A DNA stretch of 64,000 nt from Candidatus Eiseniibacteriota bacterium (GTDB taxonomy: Bacteria; Eisenbacteria; RBG-16-71-46), in contig JBBRLX010000014.1 of assembly GCA_038231135.1 (NCBI GenBank), forward strand, positions 1 to 64,000. The letters are read 5' to 3'. The position numbers and the translations under genes were made by a program. The notes under the pieces were generated by a model. The model was not told the origin of the DNA. It searched no databases and saw only the letters and a program-made list of their open reading frames with translations. This document shows positions 20,104 through 29,710 of the stretch, in pieces; the stretch's first letter is position 1, and each line of letters opens with the position of its first letter.

Positions 20104-20969
20104 TGCACGGCCTGCGCCGCCGGATTCCCGTGTTCGAGGCGGCCGTCATCGCGGCCGCCCTGCTGGGCACCGCGCAGCTCGCGGCCTGCTCGCGGCTGCC
20201 GTTCCATTCGCACACCGTGAAGCTCGGCGACATCCGCGTGTACTACGAGGTGCACGGTCACGGGAAGCCGTTGCTGCTGCTCCACGGCGGCGCCGGCGAC
20301 GGGCGCCAGTTCTCGAACCAGGTGCCCGCGTTCGAGAAGAAGTTTCGGGTGATCGTGCCCGACGAACGGGCGCAGGGCCGCACCACCGACGGCGCTGGAC
20401 CGCTCACGTACCACGTGATGGCGGAGGACATGATCGCGCTGATGGATCACCTGCATCTCGAGCGCGTCGATATCATGGGCTGGAGCGACGGCGGCATCAT
20501 CGGTCTCGACCTCGCGATCCATCATCCGGACCGTATCGCGCACCTCGTCACATTTGGCGCGAACTTCCATCCGGCGGGGTTGCGGGACGATGATCGCGAG
20601 TGGCAGGCGACCGCGAGCGCCGAGAGTTTCGGTCCCGACTCGAAGACCGCCTACGAGAAACAGAATCCCGATCCCGGCCATTGGGAGATCGCGATGAACA
20701 AGGTGCTCGACATGTGGCGCACCGAGCCGCGCATGTCGCTCGCCGAGCTGGCATCGATCCGGGCGAAGACGCTGATCTGCGCCGGCAACCGCGACCTGAT
20801 CAAGCCCGCGCATACCGATTCGCTCGCCCGCGCGATTCCCGGAGCCTGGCTGTGGATCGTGCCCGATGCGAGCCACAGCGCCATGATGGAACACCCGGAG
20901 CTGGTGAACCGCGTGGTGCTGGCGTTTTTGGCGGACCGGGCGCTACCGGCGGGGACGGCAGTCCGTTGA
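20103..20969 (+). CDS. Alpha/beta hydrolase, probable lipoprotein
   Basis: LLLLHGG, GWSDGG nucleophile elbow, distal His (ASHS); LAAC lipobox; TGATG overlap with the VWA gene. Confidence 0.85.
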   Translation: MHGLRRRIPVFEAAVIAAALLGTAQLAACSRLPFHSHTVKLGDIRVYYEVHGHGKPLLLLHGGAGDGRQFSNQVPAFEKKFRVIVPDERAQGRTTDGAGPLTYHVMAEDMIALMDHLHLERVDIMGWSDGGIIGLDLAIHHPDRIAHLVTFGANFHPAGLRDDDREWQATASAESFGPDSKTAYEKQNPDPGHWEIAMNKVLDMWRTEPRMSLAELASIRAKTLICAGNRDLIKPAHTDSLARAIPGAWLWIVPDASHSAMMEHPELVNRVVLAFLADRALPAGTAVR

Positions 20970-20979
20970 GCTTCGCCCG

Positions 20980-22206
20980 GTGAAACCAGGGCTCGCCTCG
21001 ATTCACATCCGGCCCGGGCATCCGGATTTTCTCGATCTGCCCTGGGGAATCCCGTTCGCCAAGTGGGCGGCGCATTGCACGCGGCTGGTCGAGGTGCAGC
21101 GCGGTCTGTCGCGGCACGAAGTGCTGTTCGTCGGCTACGAGGCCGGCGTTTACGCGCTCAAGGAGCTGCCGGAGCCGTCCGCCGAACGCGAGTACGATGC
21201 GCTGCGCGCGCTCGAGGAGCGCAAACTCCCCGCGGTCACCGCAGTCGGGCATGCGCGCGTGCTCACCGCGGACGACACCACCAGCGTGCTCGTCACCCGC
21301 TATCTCGATTTCTCGCTGCCCTACCGCACGCTGTTCATGCAGCCGGGCCTGGCGCGGTATCGCGAGCGGCTGCTCGACGCGATGGCGAGCCTGCTCGTGC
21401 GCCTGCACGTCGCGGGCGTCTACTGGGGCGACTGTTCGCTCTCGAACACGCTGTTCCGCCGCGATGCGGGAGAGTTGCAGGCGTACCTCGTGGACGCCGA
21501 GACCACCGAGGTCCACGACGAGCTGTCGAAGGGCCAGCGCGCACAGGACGTCGACATCATGGAGGAGAACGTGTCGGGCGACATCGCCGACGTATCCGCG
21601 TGGGTCGATCTGCCGTCGGGCGCGCCGTTCGGCGACATCGCCACCAGCATCCGCGAGCGCTATGACCGGCTGTGGACCGAGGTGACGCGCGAGGAAATCC
21701 TTGCGCCGAGCGAGCGCTACCGGATCCACGAGCGCATCCGCACGCTCAACGAGCTCGGCTTCTCGGTGGGCGAGATCGAGCGGGTCGCGACCGGGCTCGG
21801 CGACCAGCTACGGATGCGCGCGATGGTCACCGACCGCGACCACCATCGCCACCAGCTCCACAGCCTCACGGGACTCGTGGCCGAGGAGCGCCAGGCGACG
21901 CAGATCCTGAACGAAGTCCGCGAGCTGCGCGCCACGCTGTCGCGCGAGCTCAATCGCAGCATCCCCCTGAGCGTCGCGGCGATGCGCTGGCGCGACAAGC
22001 GCTTCGACCCCGCGGTGCACCGGCTTGGTGCCCTCCCCGGAGCTTCGGCGGACGTGGTCGAGCTCTATTGCGAGGTGCTCGAGCACAAGTGGTTCCTGTC
22101 CGAGGAGGCGCGGGAGGACGTCGGCCTCGAACACGCGGTCGACGATTTCGTGCGGCGCTTTCGTCCGCGGCCGGCGCAGGGGCCGGATGGTAAGACTATG
22201 GTGTAG
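20980..22206 (+). CDS. DUF4032-containing kinase-fold (LPS kinase-like) protein
   Basis: LDLPW, GLSRH, LHVAGVYWGDCSLSNTLFRRDAG, LVDAET, EVLEHKWFLSE. Confidence 0.8.
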   Translation: MKPGLASIHIRPGHPDFLDLPWGIPFAKWAAHCTRLVEVQRGLSRHEVLFVGYEAGVYALKELPEPSAEREYDALRALEERKLPAVTAVGHARVLTADDTTSVLVTRYLDFSLPYRTLFMQPGLARYRERLLDAMASLLVRLHVAGVYWGDCSLSNTLFRRDAGELQAYLVDAETTEVHDELSKGQRAQDVDIMEENVSGDIADVSAWVDLPSGAPFGDIATSIRERYDRLWTEVTREEILAPSERYRIHERIRTLNELGFSVGEIERVATGLGDQLRMRAMVTDRDHHRHQLHSLTGLVAEERQATQILNEVRELRATLSRELNRSIPLSVAAMRWRDKRFDPAVHRLGALPGASADVVELYCEVLEHKWFLSEEAREDVGLEHAVDDFVRRFRPRPAQGPDGKTMV

Positions 22207-22212
22207 AAGGTC

Positions 22213-22252
22213 GAAGAGGTGAGCGGCTGAATCGGGCGGTCTCGAAAACCGA
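22213..22252 (+). pseudogene. Degenerate 5' half of tRNA-Ser(CGA)
   Basis: GAAGAGGT-GAGCGGCTGAAT (acceptor and D-arm-like), then CGGT-CTCGAAA-ACCG anticodon hairpin; no T-arm or 3' acceptor strand. Confidence 0.5.
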
Positions 22253-22426
22253 TTCGGGTCATGAACGATGGAATTCGCTCAAGCCCCTCGAAGACATTGC
22301 GCGGCAGCGAAGTCAGAACAGCCCCCGGCGCAGGGGCCGGCGTCGGAGAATCCGCCGGCGGCCTAATCGGGAGACGGTGCGCTCGGCGCTCATTTCGGAG
22401 GCGGGCACCGCCACCGGTCCTTCGTG

Positions 22427-23065
22427 ATCCGGACGCCGCGCTCGACTATGCTTCGAGTGCCGGGGCTGTCGGGCGTCGAGGCGGCGCATCACATCGGCGG
22501 CCGCGCGCACCTCGTGTTCGTCACCGCCTACGACCAGTACGCGGTGCAGGCGTTCGCGCAGGGCGCGCTGGACTACCTCGTGAAACCGGTGGAGCCGGCG
22601 CGCCTGGCCGAGACCGTGGCACGCCTCAAGGACCGCCTCCAGGCGGCACAGCCGGCGCGGAATACCGATGCGCTGCTGCAACAGCTTGCCGCGCAGCTCG
22701 CGCAGGCGCTGGGCGGTGCAGCGGCGCCGTCGCTGCGCTGGATTCGCGCGCAGGTGGGATCGACCGTGAGGCTGATTCCGGTCGAAGACGTCGACTACCT
22801 GCGTTCGGACTCGAAGTACACGATGGTCGCCTGGCGTGGGGACGCGGGCGAGCCTCAGGAGGCGCTGGTCCGTGTGGCGCTGAAAGATCTGGCCATCCAG
22901 CTCGACCCGGCGCAATTCGCACAGGTGCACCGATCGGTGGTGGTCAATCTGCGCGCCATCAGTCATGTCACGCGCGGCGACGAGTCCGCCGATATTCATT
23001 TGAAGGGCCGCGAGGAGGTGCTGCCGGTCAGCCGCAGCTACCTCCATCTGTTCCGCCAGATGTGA
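22427..23065 (+). pseudogene. N-terminally truncated LytTR (AlgR/AgrA-type) response regulator
   Basis: PGLSGVE, FVTAYDQYAVQAF, DYLVKPV, QVHRSVVVN and LPVSR are intact; the receiver N-terminus with the phospho-Asp is missing (PDAALD lies in another frame); no kinase adjacent. Confidence 0.75.
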
Positions 23066-23132
23066 GCGTTGCGGGGCCGCCGCAGATGCGCGGACAACGC
23101 CTCGAACCCCCCCCATGATCCGGACGGCACCG

Positions 23133-23183
23133 CCGTTCATCCTCCCCCGGCGTGCCTCGTCGCAACGGCCCGTAATTCATCGC
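23133..23183 (+). promoter_or_regulatory. Putative LytTR-type direct repeats
   Basis: TTCATC at 23136, CTCGTC at 23156, TTCATC at 23176 (20-nt period); first copy is CCGTTCATC. Confidence 0.45.
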
Positions 23184-23249
23184 ATGCGCCTTCCGGGCAC
23201 CGGTCCGAGCGGCCAAACTTCCCGGTGCAGACACTCCTCGGGAGGCCCC

Positions 23250-23930
23250 ATGACAAGCAGGACGAACGCAAGAATCGCCGGCATCACGTTGCTGCTCTAC
23301 ATCGCTGTCGGGATCACACAGATGGTGCTGTCCAGCGGCATGTCCAGCGCAGGCGGGACGGCCGCGAAGCTCGTGCTGATTGCCCAGCACGCGCCCCAGG
23401 TCCGGATCAACATCCTGCTCACGCTGCTCACGTGTGTGATCGCCCTGACGCTGGCCGTGGCGCTGTACGGCCTCACGCGTGGCGTCGACCGCGACCTCGC
23501 GACGCTCGCGCTCTGCTGCCGCGTGGGCGAGGGGCTGATGGCCGCCATCGCTCCCATGGCGTCACTCGGGCTGCTGTGGCTTGCCACGAGCGGCGCCGGC
23601 CCCGGAGCGCTCGATGCCGGGGCCGTGAACGCGCTGGGCGCCTGGTTGCTGAAGATGCGCGGCTGGAATACCGGCGTCGGCGCGACCCTGTTCGCCGTGG
23701 GCAGCACGCTGTATTGCTGGCTGCTGTTGCGCGGCCGCATGATTCCCCTTCCGCTCGCCTGGCTGGGCCTGGTCGCGTCGATCGTGCTCGTCGTGGGCCA
23801 GCCGCTCCAGCTTATCGGGCTGCTCAGCGGAACGGTCATGCAGTTCCTGTGGTTGCCGATGGCGGCGTTCGAGATTCCGCTGGGCTTCTGGCTGTTGCTC
23901 GAGGGCGTGCGCGCCGCGGAGGCCGAATGA
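23250..23930 (+). CDS. DUF4386-family multi-pass membrane protein
   Basis: GGAGG RBS; ARIAG..LLY start, about six TM helices, IP..LAWLG, FEI.LG.WLL. Confidence 0.75.
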   Translation: MTSRTNARIAGITLLLYIAVGITQMVLSSGMSSAGGTAAKLVLIAQHAPQVRINILLTLLTCVIALTLAVALYGLTRGVDRDLATLALCCRVGEGLMAAIAPMASLGLLWLATSGAGPGALDAGAVNALGAWLLKMRGWNTGVGATLFAVGSTLYCWLLLRGRMIPLPLAWLGLVASIVLVVGQPLQLIGLLSGTVMQFLWLPMAAFEIPLGFWLLLEGVRAAEAE

Positions 23931-24084
23931 CCACTAAAACTCCCCGATTTCTCCATGGCACTGTACTCTGACGCCAGACTGGCTCACGGGAGCGTTCGGC
24001 TGCCCAAACAATCCTGCGACTTTCCGATCCCCCCAGGTGTCTCCGTACCGAGGACCTCAACGGCCCTCGACGCTCAGGAGAGCA

Positions 24085-24732
24085 ATGAACGACCGAACGG
24101 AAGCCCGGTGGGCGCGGCTGATCGCGCTCCTCGAGCCGATCCACCATCAGGCCACGGCGACGGCGCGGCGGTTGTGCCGCTCGCAGGCGGAGGGGGACGA
24201 CCTCTATCAGGAGGCCGTGGTCCGGGCGTTCGACAAACTGCACACCCTGCGCGACGAGACGCGGTTCCGGTCCTGGTTCTTCGCCACGCTGCTGTCCCGG
24301 CACCGGACCCGCGTGCGGCGGTCGTTCTGGCGGCGTTTCCTGCCATGGGAGGCGGCGTTTCCGAATGGCGCCGAGCCCGCGGGCGAGGACGGGAGCACGT
24401 GGGACGAGCAGGCGCGGGGTGCGCAACGCGCGGCGAGTGCGCTCGCCACCCTGGCGCCGGAGCAGCGGGAGGCCGTCGTGCTGTTCGAGATCGACGGCCT
24501 TTCGATCGAGGAGATCGCCAATATGCAACGGGTGTCGATTCCAGCGGTGAAGTCGCGGCTCGTGCGCGGCCGCGAGAAGCTGCGGTGGTACTACGAGCTG
24601 CGGGGCTTCACCGGCGCAGCGTCGCCGACCGCCGTTCGTCCGGGTCGCAAGGCCCATGACGAATCGCGGGAAGCGCGGTTCGCCCGGATGGCGACGGCGC
24701 CCGCGACTGCCCGGGAGACCTCCGATGACTGA
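24085..24732 (+). CDS. ECF RNA polymerase sigma factor
   Basis: AGGAG RBS; DDLYQEA and FRSWF (region 2); QREAVVL...EEIA...VKSRLVRGR (region 4). Confidence 0.9.
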   Translation: MNDRTEARWARLIALLEPIHHQATATARRLCRSQAEGDDLYQEAVVRAFDKLHTLRDETRFRSWFFATLLSRHRTRVRRSFWRRFLPWEAAFPNGAEPAGEDGSTWDEQARGAQRAASALATLAPEQREAVVLFEIDGLSIEEIANMQRVSIPAVKSRLVRGREKLRWYYELRGFTGAASPTAVRPGRKAHDESREARFARMATAPATARETSDD

Positions 24733-25750
24733 CCGCCGCTCCGGCTCGTCCCCGCACGCCGATCCGCTTCCGCCGCAGGTCGACAACGACCTGCGCGCGC
24801 TGCGTGAGTTGTCGGCGCGCGACGTCGCTCCGCTGGACCGCAGCCGTTCCGTGCTTCGTTCGCGCCGCCCCGTGGCGGCGCCCCGCTGGAAGGAGCTGCT
24901 GATGCCGATCACCGAATCGTTGCGCCGCCCATGGTTCGCCACCGCCGCCGTCGTGGTGCTGGGCGTCCTGGGCCTGTTGGTCCCGATCTCCTACGACCGC
25001 ACGACCGGTCACGACGTGGCGATCACGCTGGGTGGCATGAAGGACGTGTCGCATGTGCCGGAGATCGCCCGCGAGATCAAGTCCGTGCTGGGCGCAGAGC
25101 ACGTCGCCGTGAAGGACGAAGCCACCTCCACCGGTGATGCGCTGACGTTCGAAGCGTTCGTGCCCGCGACGTCGAAGGTGAATGCCGACGCCAGTTCGCA
25201 GGCGCTGGCCCGGGCGCTGTCGGCGCGCGGTTATGCGGCGCATGCGGTCGTCACGTCACGCCGGGAGCACGTCTCGGGCTCGGTGTACGCCTATGCGAAG
25301 GATCTCGTGATTCACGTCGACACCGACGGCAAGTCATCGGCGCAGATCGAAGCCGAGATCCGCCAGCGTCTCGCCGAGGCCGGGATCACGAACACGACGG
25401 TATCGGTCACCGATACCGGCAAGATGCGCAAGGTGACGGTCGAGGCCGAGAATCACGATCCGCACGCCACCGATCCCGGCAGCATCCAGCTGCAGCTCAC
25501 GAAGAACGGCCAGCCGATGGTCGCGGGCGGCGGGTTCTCGGTCCAGATACGGCGCATGAATAGCCCGGACGGCCTCACGCTCCAGCTGAACGTGACCGAC
25601 GGCGCGAACAGCGCGGCCGTGACGGTGCCGCACGCCGACGCCCTGAGTGATGCGGCGCTGCAGGCGACGGTCGACTCCCAGTTGCGGAGCGCGGAAATTG
25701 TCGCGAAGGTGACCGTGGTGAACGGCAAGGTCACGGTCGAGAAGCCGTAG
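24725..25750 (+). CDS. Single-TM putative anti-sigma factor with extracytoplasmic domain
   Basis: Overlaps the sigma stop; short N-terminus, one TM (AAVVVLGVLGLLVPI), large soluble C-terminus. Confidence 0.65.
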   Translation: MTDRRSGSSPHADPLPPQVDNDLRALRELSARDVAPLDRSRSVLRSRRPVAAPRWKELLMPITESLRRPWFATAAVVVLGVLGLLVPISYDRTTGHDVAITLGGMKDVSHVPEIAREIKSVLGAEHVAVKDEATSTGDALTFEAFVPATSKVNADASSQALARALSARGYAAHAVVTSRREHVSGSVYAYAKDLVIHVDTDGKSSAQIEAEIRQRLAEAGITNTTVSVTDTGKMRKVTVEAENHDPHATDPGSIQLQLTKNGQPMVAGGGFSVQIRRMNSPDGLTLQLNVTDGANSAAVTVPHADALSDAALQATVDSQLRSAEIVAKVTVVNGKVTVEKP

Positions 25751-25775
25751 CCGACGGGCACACGAGCAGCAACAA

Positions 25776-25809
25776 CAATGCGGCGCCGGAAGTTTCCGGC
25801 GCCGCATTG
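25776..25809. terminator. Intrinsic terminator hairpin between convergent genes
   Basis: CAATGCGGCGCCGGAA-GT-TTCCGGCGCCGCATTG perfect inverted repeat. Confidence 0.8.
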
Positions 25810-25812
25810 GTA

Positions 25813-27837
25813 TTACCAGATCCGCACCTGCAGCCCCGCGTCCCGCACCATCGGATCGCCCGCCTTGCAGCCCCACGCCTGCGCGAACTCCGGCAGGTTC
25901 GACAGCGGACCGTTGACGCGCCATTTGGCCGGCGAGTGCGAGTCGGTCAGGATCCGGGTCCGCGCGGCCTCCGGCCGGTACTTCGCGCGCCACACGTTGG
26001 CCCACGACAGGAAGAACCGCTGCTCGGGCGTGAAGCCGTCGATCAAGCCCACGCGCTTGTTCGCGAGCGACTTCTCGAGCGCGTGGTACGCGACGGCGAG
26101 GCCGCCCAGGTCCGCGATGTTCTCGCCCAGCGTCAGCTTGCCGTTCACGTGCAGCGTGTCCACGCCCACGTAGCCGTTGAACTGATCCACGACGCGATCC
26201 GCGCGCGACTTGTATTGCTTCGCGTCCTCGGCGGTCCACCAGTCGCGCAGGTTGCCCTGGCCGTCGAATTGCCGCCCGCGGTCGTCGAAGCCGTGCGTCA
26301 TCTCGTGCCCGATCACGGCGCCCATGCCGCCGTAGTTCACGGCGTCGTCCGCGTTCGGGTCGAAGAACGGCGGCTGCAGGATGCCGGCGGGGAAGTTGAT
26401 GTCGTTGTTCGACGAGCTGTAGTAGGCGTTCACGGTCGGCGGCGTCATGTTCCACTCGCCGCGATCGACCGGCTTGCCGACCTTGACGATCCGCCGGTGG
26501 GAATCGAACTCCCGTGCGCGCACGACCATCGCGAGCAGCGGTCCCTGCTCGAGCTTCAGCGCCGAATAGTCTCGCCACTTGTCGGGGTAGCCGATCTTCT
26601 CGCCAAACGCCTGCAGCTTGTGCCTGGCCTGCGCGCGCGTGGAGTCCGTCATCCATTCCAGGCTCGCGATCCGGTCGCCGAGCGCCGCTTCCAGGTTCTT
26701 CACCATGTCGAGCGCCCGCTGCTTGGCCGCCGGCGGGAAGTGCTGCTTCACGTACTCCTGCCCGAGCGCCTCGCCGAGCTCCTGATCCGTGAGGTTGACG
26801 CAGCGCTTCCACCGGGGCAGCAGCTCGCGCGCGCCGGTGAGCCGGCGCTGGAACGAAAAGTTCTCGTTCACGAACGGGCTGCTGAGGAACGGCGCCGCCG
26901 CACTGGCGGCGTGCCAGCGCAGGTAGGTCTTCCAGTCGTCGAGCGGCACGTCCTGCAGCAAGCCGTTCAGCGCCTTGAAGAACTCGGGCTGCGCCACGTT
27001 CAAGTCTGAAACCTGCCCGACGTTCATCGTGGTGAGATAGGCGTTCCACTCGAACCGCGGCGTGATGTCGCGCAGCGCGGCGGTGGCCATCTTGTGATAG
27101 ACGGCGTTGGGGTCGCGGCGCTGCACGTTCGTCATCGACGCCTGCGCCAGCGACGTCTCGATCGCCACGATCTTCGCCGCGCCCGCGGTGGCCAGGTCGT
27201 GTGAATCGCCGATCAGCTCCAGCATGCGCGCCACGTGCGCCTCGTATTGGGTGCGCAGCGCCGCCGAAGCGGAGTCGGTCTTCGTGTAGTAGTCGCGATC
27301 CGGCAGCCCCAGTCCGCCCTGGCCGGCGATCGCGAGTGTCATGGCGCTGTTCTTGAAATCCGGCGCCGCGCCGAAGCTGAACATCGCGGCCGCGCCCCGC
27401 TGGTGCAGACCCGCCACGGCGGCCGCCAGCTCCGCCGGGGTCTTGATCGCGGCGATGCGCATAAGCTCGGGAAGCAGCGGCTTCATGCCGTCGGCCTCGG
27501 CGCGGGCGGAGTCCATGCAGCCGCCATAGAACGTCTTCAGCATGCCGGAGGTGCTGCCAGCCGGAGCCACGGTCTTGCGCACCGCGTCATCGAGCAGCGC
27601 GTGCAGCGCGTCGGTGTTGCGATCGTCGAGCTGCTGAAACGCGCCATACCCGGCGTAGGCCGTGGGGATCTCGGTGTGCGCGAGCCAGCCGCCGTCGGCG
27701 TACTGGAAGAAGTCCCGGCAGGGGGCGCAGGTGGTGTCGCGATTGGCGGCGTCGAGGCTCGGGTCGGCATGCGTCACGTTCGCGGCGCATGCGAGACCGA
27801 GCACGGCGAGCCTCAGGGATCGGCGGAGCTCGTACAT
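25813..27837 (-). CDS. M13 (neprilysin/PepO) metallopeptidase, secreted
   Basis: Signal peptide; DFFQYADGGW, GLGLPDRDYY, VNAYY, HEMTHGFD, GENIAD. Confidence 0.93.
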   Translation of the reverse strand: MYELRRSLRLAVLGLACAANVTHADPSLDAANRDTTCAPCRDFFQYADGGWLAHTEIPTAYAGYGAFQQLDDRNTDALHALLDDAVRKTVAPAGSTSGMLKTFYGGCMDSARAEADGMKPLLPELMRIAAIKTPAELAAAVAGLHQRGAAAMFSFGAAPDFKNSAMTLAIAGQGGLGLPDRDYYTKTDSASAALRTQYEAHVARMLELIGDSHDLATAGAAKIVAIETSLAQASMTNVQRRDPNAVYHKMATAALRDITPRFEWNAYLTTMNVGQVSDLNVAQPEFFKALNGLLQDVPLDDWKTYLRWHAASAAAPFLSSPFVNENFSFQRRLTGARELLPRWKRCVNLTDQELGEALGQEYVKQHFPPAAKQRALDMVKNLEAALGDRIASLEWMTDSTRAQARHKLQAFGEKIGYPDKWRDYSALKLEQGPLLAMVVRAREFDSHRRIVKVGKPVDRGEWNMTPPTVNAYYSSSNNDINFPAGILQPPFFDPNADDAVNYGGMGAVIGHEMTHGFDDRGRQFDGQGNLRDWWTAEDAKQYKSRADRVVDQFNGYVGVDTLHVNGKLTLGENIADLGGLAVAYHALEKSLANKRVGLIDGFTPEQRFFLSWANVWRAKYRPEAARTRILTDSHSPAKWRVNGPLSNLPEFAQAWGCKAGDPMVRDAGLQVRIW

Positions 27838-28044
27838 GGGAATCTCCTGACATGAAACGAGTTGGGTCCGTTCGTGTACGAATCGGAGCGTACCGGAGGG
27901 GCGGACCGGCGAACGTTAGCACAATGTCATTGAACCCGAATGGTTGGTGGGAGCACAATCACTCGCGGCGGATCCGGCATTCATCCCCCTCGGACCACCG
28001 TCCAAGTCCGGTTCTTCGGCGGCGTCGCTCCCTGGAGGAAATGA

Positions 28045-28398
28045 ATGAAACGCGCATCGCTATTCGCAGTTTTCGCGGCCCTGGGTCTCGTCCTGACAGG
28101 GCTCAGTCAGTGCCGCATGGTCACCGTCCCCGACAATGCGGCGTCTTCGACCCAGTTGTCGGTCGAAGCCGACAACCAGCGATCGAAATGCCGCCACGTT
28201 TGCGATCGCAAGTGGGCGAAGGACAAGCGCGCGGAGGAGAAGCGCTATCGCCGCGCCTATCGGGCGTGCCACGGCGACCGTGCATGCCAGGTCGCCGCGC
28301 ACGACACGCACGAGGCCAACGAAGACGTGCTGGCCGCGACCCGCAAGGCCTGCAAGAACGGTTGCTACAACGAGGGCGCCGTCAGCGGCGGTCGCTGA
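28045..28398 (+). CDS. Small Cys-rich exported protein or lipoprotein
   Basis: GGAGG RBS; signal peptide ending GLSQC; CxxxC...Cx5C...CxxxC. Confidence 0.7.
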   Translation: MKRASLFAVFAALGLVLTGLSQCRMVTVPDNAASSTQLSVEADNQRSKCRHVCDRKWAKDKRAEEKRYRRAYRACHGDRACQVAAHDTHEANEDVLAATRKACKNGCYNEGAVSGGR

Positions 28399-28503
28399 GG
28401 GGCGAGGAGCATCGGGGTGCGGCGCCCTGGTTGTGCGCCGCGCCAGCTCCGGCGGGACCGCCGCGGCGCCGGGCATCACCTGTGCGTAGCGGTGGGGTGA
28501 ACG

Positions 28504-28537
28504 ATAACGCGGGCCCGGAGGTGCGGGCCCGCGTTAT
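28504..28537. terminator. Terminator hairpin between convergent genes
   Basis: ATAACGCGGGCCCG-GAGGTG-CGGGCCCGCGTTAT. Confidence 0.75.
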
Positions 28538-29691
28538 TTCGTGGCGATCGTGACCGATACGCTCATGCCGGGACGCAACGGGTGCGCGGGGTCCTGCGGG
28601 CCGTCGAGATGCAGCCGCACCGGTACCCGCTGCACGACCTTCGTGAAGTTGCCGGTCGCGTTATCGGGCGGCAGCAGCGAGAACCGGGCGCCCGTGGCCG
28701 GACTCAGCGATTCCAGCCGCGCCGGGAACGTGCGGCCGGGATACGAATCCACCTTCACCTCCGCGTGGTCGCCGGGCTTCACGCCCGCGATCTCGGTCTC
28801 TTTGAGATTCGCGACGATCCACACGTCCTCGAGCGGCACCACGTCCATCAGCGGCTGTCCCACCTGCACGAGCTGACCGACCTCGACCGACTTGCGGCTC
28901 ACGATGCCATCGGCCGGCGCCGGGAGCCGCGTCCAGCTGAGCGCGAGCGCCGCCTGGTCGCGTGCGGCCCGCAACGCCTGGACGCGCGCGTTTGCCCCGC
29001 CCAGTCCGGCCTCGGCCACGGTTACCTGGCGGCGCGCGAGATCGAGCTTCGCGTCGCCGTCCTTGGCCGCTGCCTCGGCGGCGTCGAGCTGCAACGGGCT
29101 CACGTAGCCGCCCGGGGCCAGCGACCGATAGCGCTGCGCATCGGCGTGGGCGCGCTGGGCGTCGGCTTCCGCCTCCGCCACCAGGGCGCGGGCGGATGCG
29201 ATCTGCGCCTGCGCCTGTCCCGGCTGACCGTTGCCGCCGGTGTTCGCGAGTGCCGCGGCCAGGTCGCCCTCGGCCTGCGCGAGCTTCGCCTTCGCCTCGC
29301 GGTCGTCGAGCTGAACCAGCAGGTCGCCGGTGTGCACCCGCTGGTTCTCGACCACGTTCACCGCCTCGACGAATCCCGACAGCTTGGGCAGCACGGGGAT
29401 GATGTGGCCTTCGACCTGCGCGTCGTCGGTCGCAATGTGTGTGCGGCCCCACAGGTACTGGCGCGTGCCGAACACCGCCGCGAGCACGACCAGCACGCCT
29501 ACCGCCATGAGCACGAAGTGATTCCGGCGCGGCGGCGATCCCGGGGTTACCGGCACGGATGCGCTCGCCGGAGCGGATCCCACGGCCGGCGCGGGGACGG
29601 CCGCGGGCGCCGGCGCCGGCAGCCCGGACGGCGCTGCGTCAGACGGACGGCGATCGCCCGTTTGGGTTCCAGGTCCGACTCCAAGAGTCAT
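28534..29691 (-). CDS. EmrA-like HlyD-family membrane fusion protein
   Basis: TDDAQVEG, ANLKETEI, FSLLPPDNATGNFTKVVQRVPV, LRPGMS. Confidence 0.92.
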   Translation of the reverse strand: MTLGVGPGTQTGDRRPSDAAPSGLPAPAPAAVPAPAVGSAPASASVPVTPGSPPRRNHFVLMAVGVLVVLAAVFGTRQYLWGRTHIATDDAQVEGHIIPVLPKLSGFVEAVNVVENQRVHTGDLLVQLDDREAKAKLAQAEGDLAAALANTGGNGQPGQAQAQIASARALVAEAEADAQRAHADAQRYRSLAPGGYVSPLQLDAAEAAAKDGDAKLDLARRQVTVAEAGLGGANARVQALRAARDQAALALSWTRLPAPADGIVSRKSVEVGQLVQVGQPLMDVVPLEDVWIVANLKETEIAGVKPGDHAEVKVDSYPGRTFPARLESLSPATGARFSLLPPDNATGNFTKVVQRVPVRLHLDGPQDPAHPLRPGMSVSVTIATK

Positions 29692-29710
29692 GGCTGCCAG
29701 GGCCTTTCGA

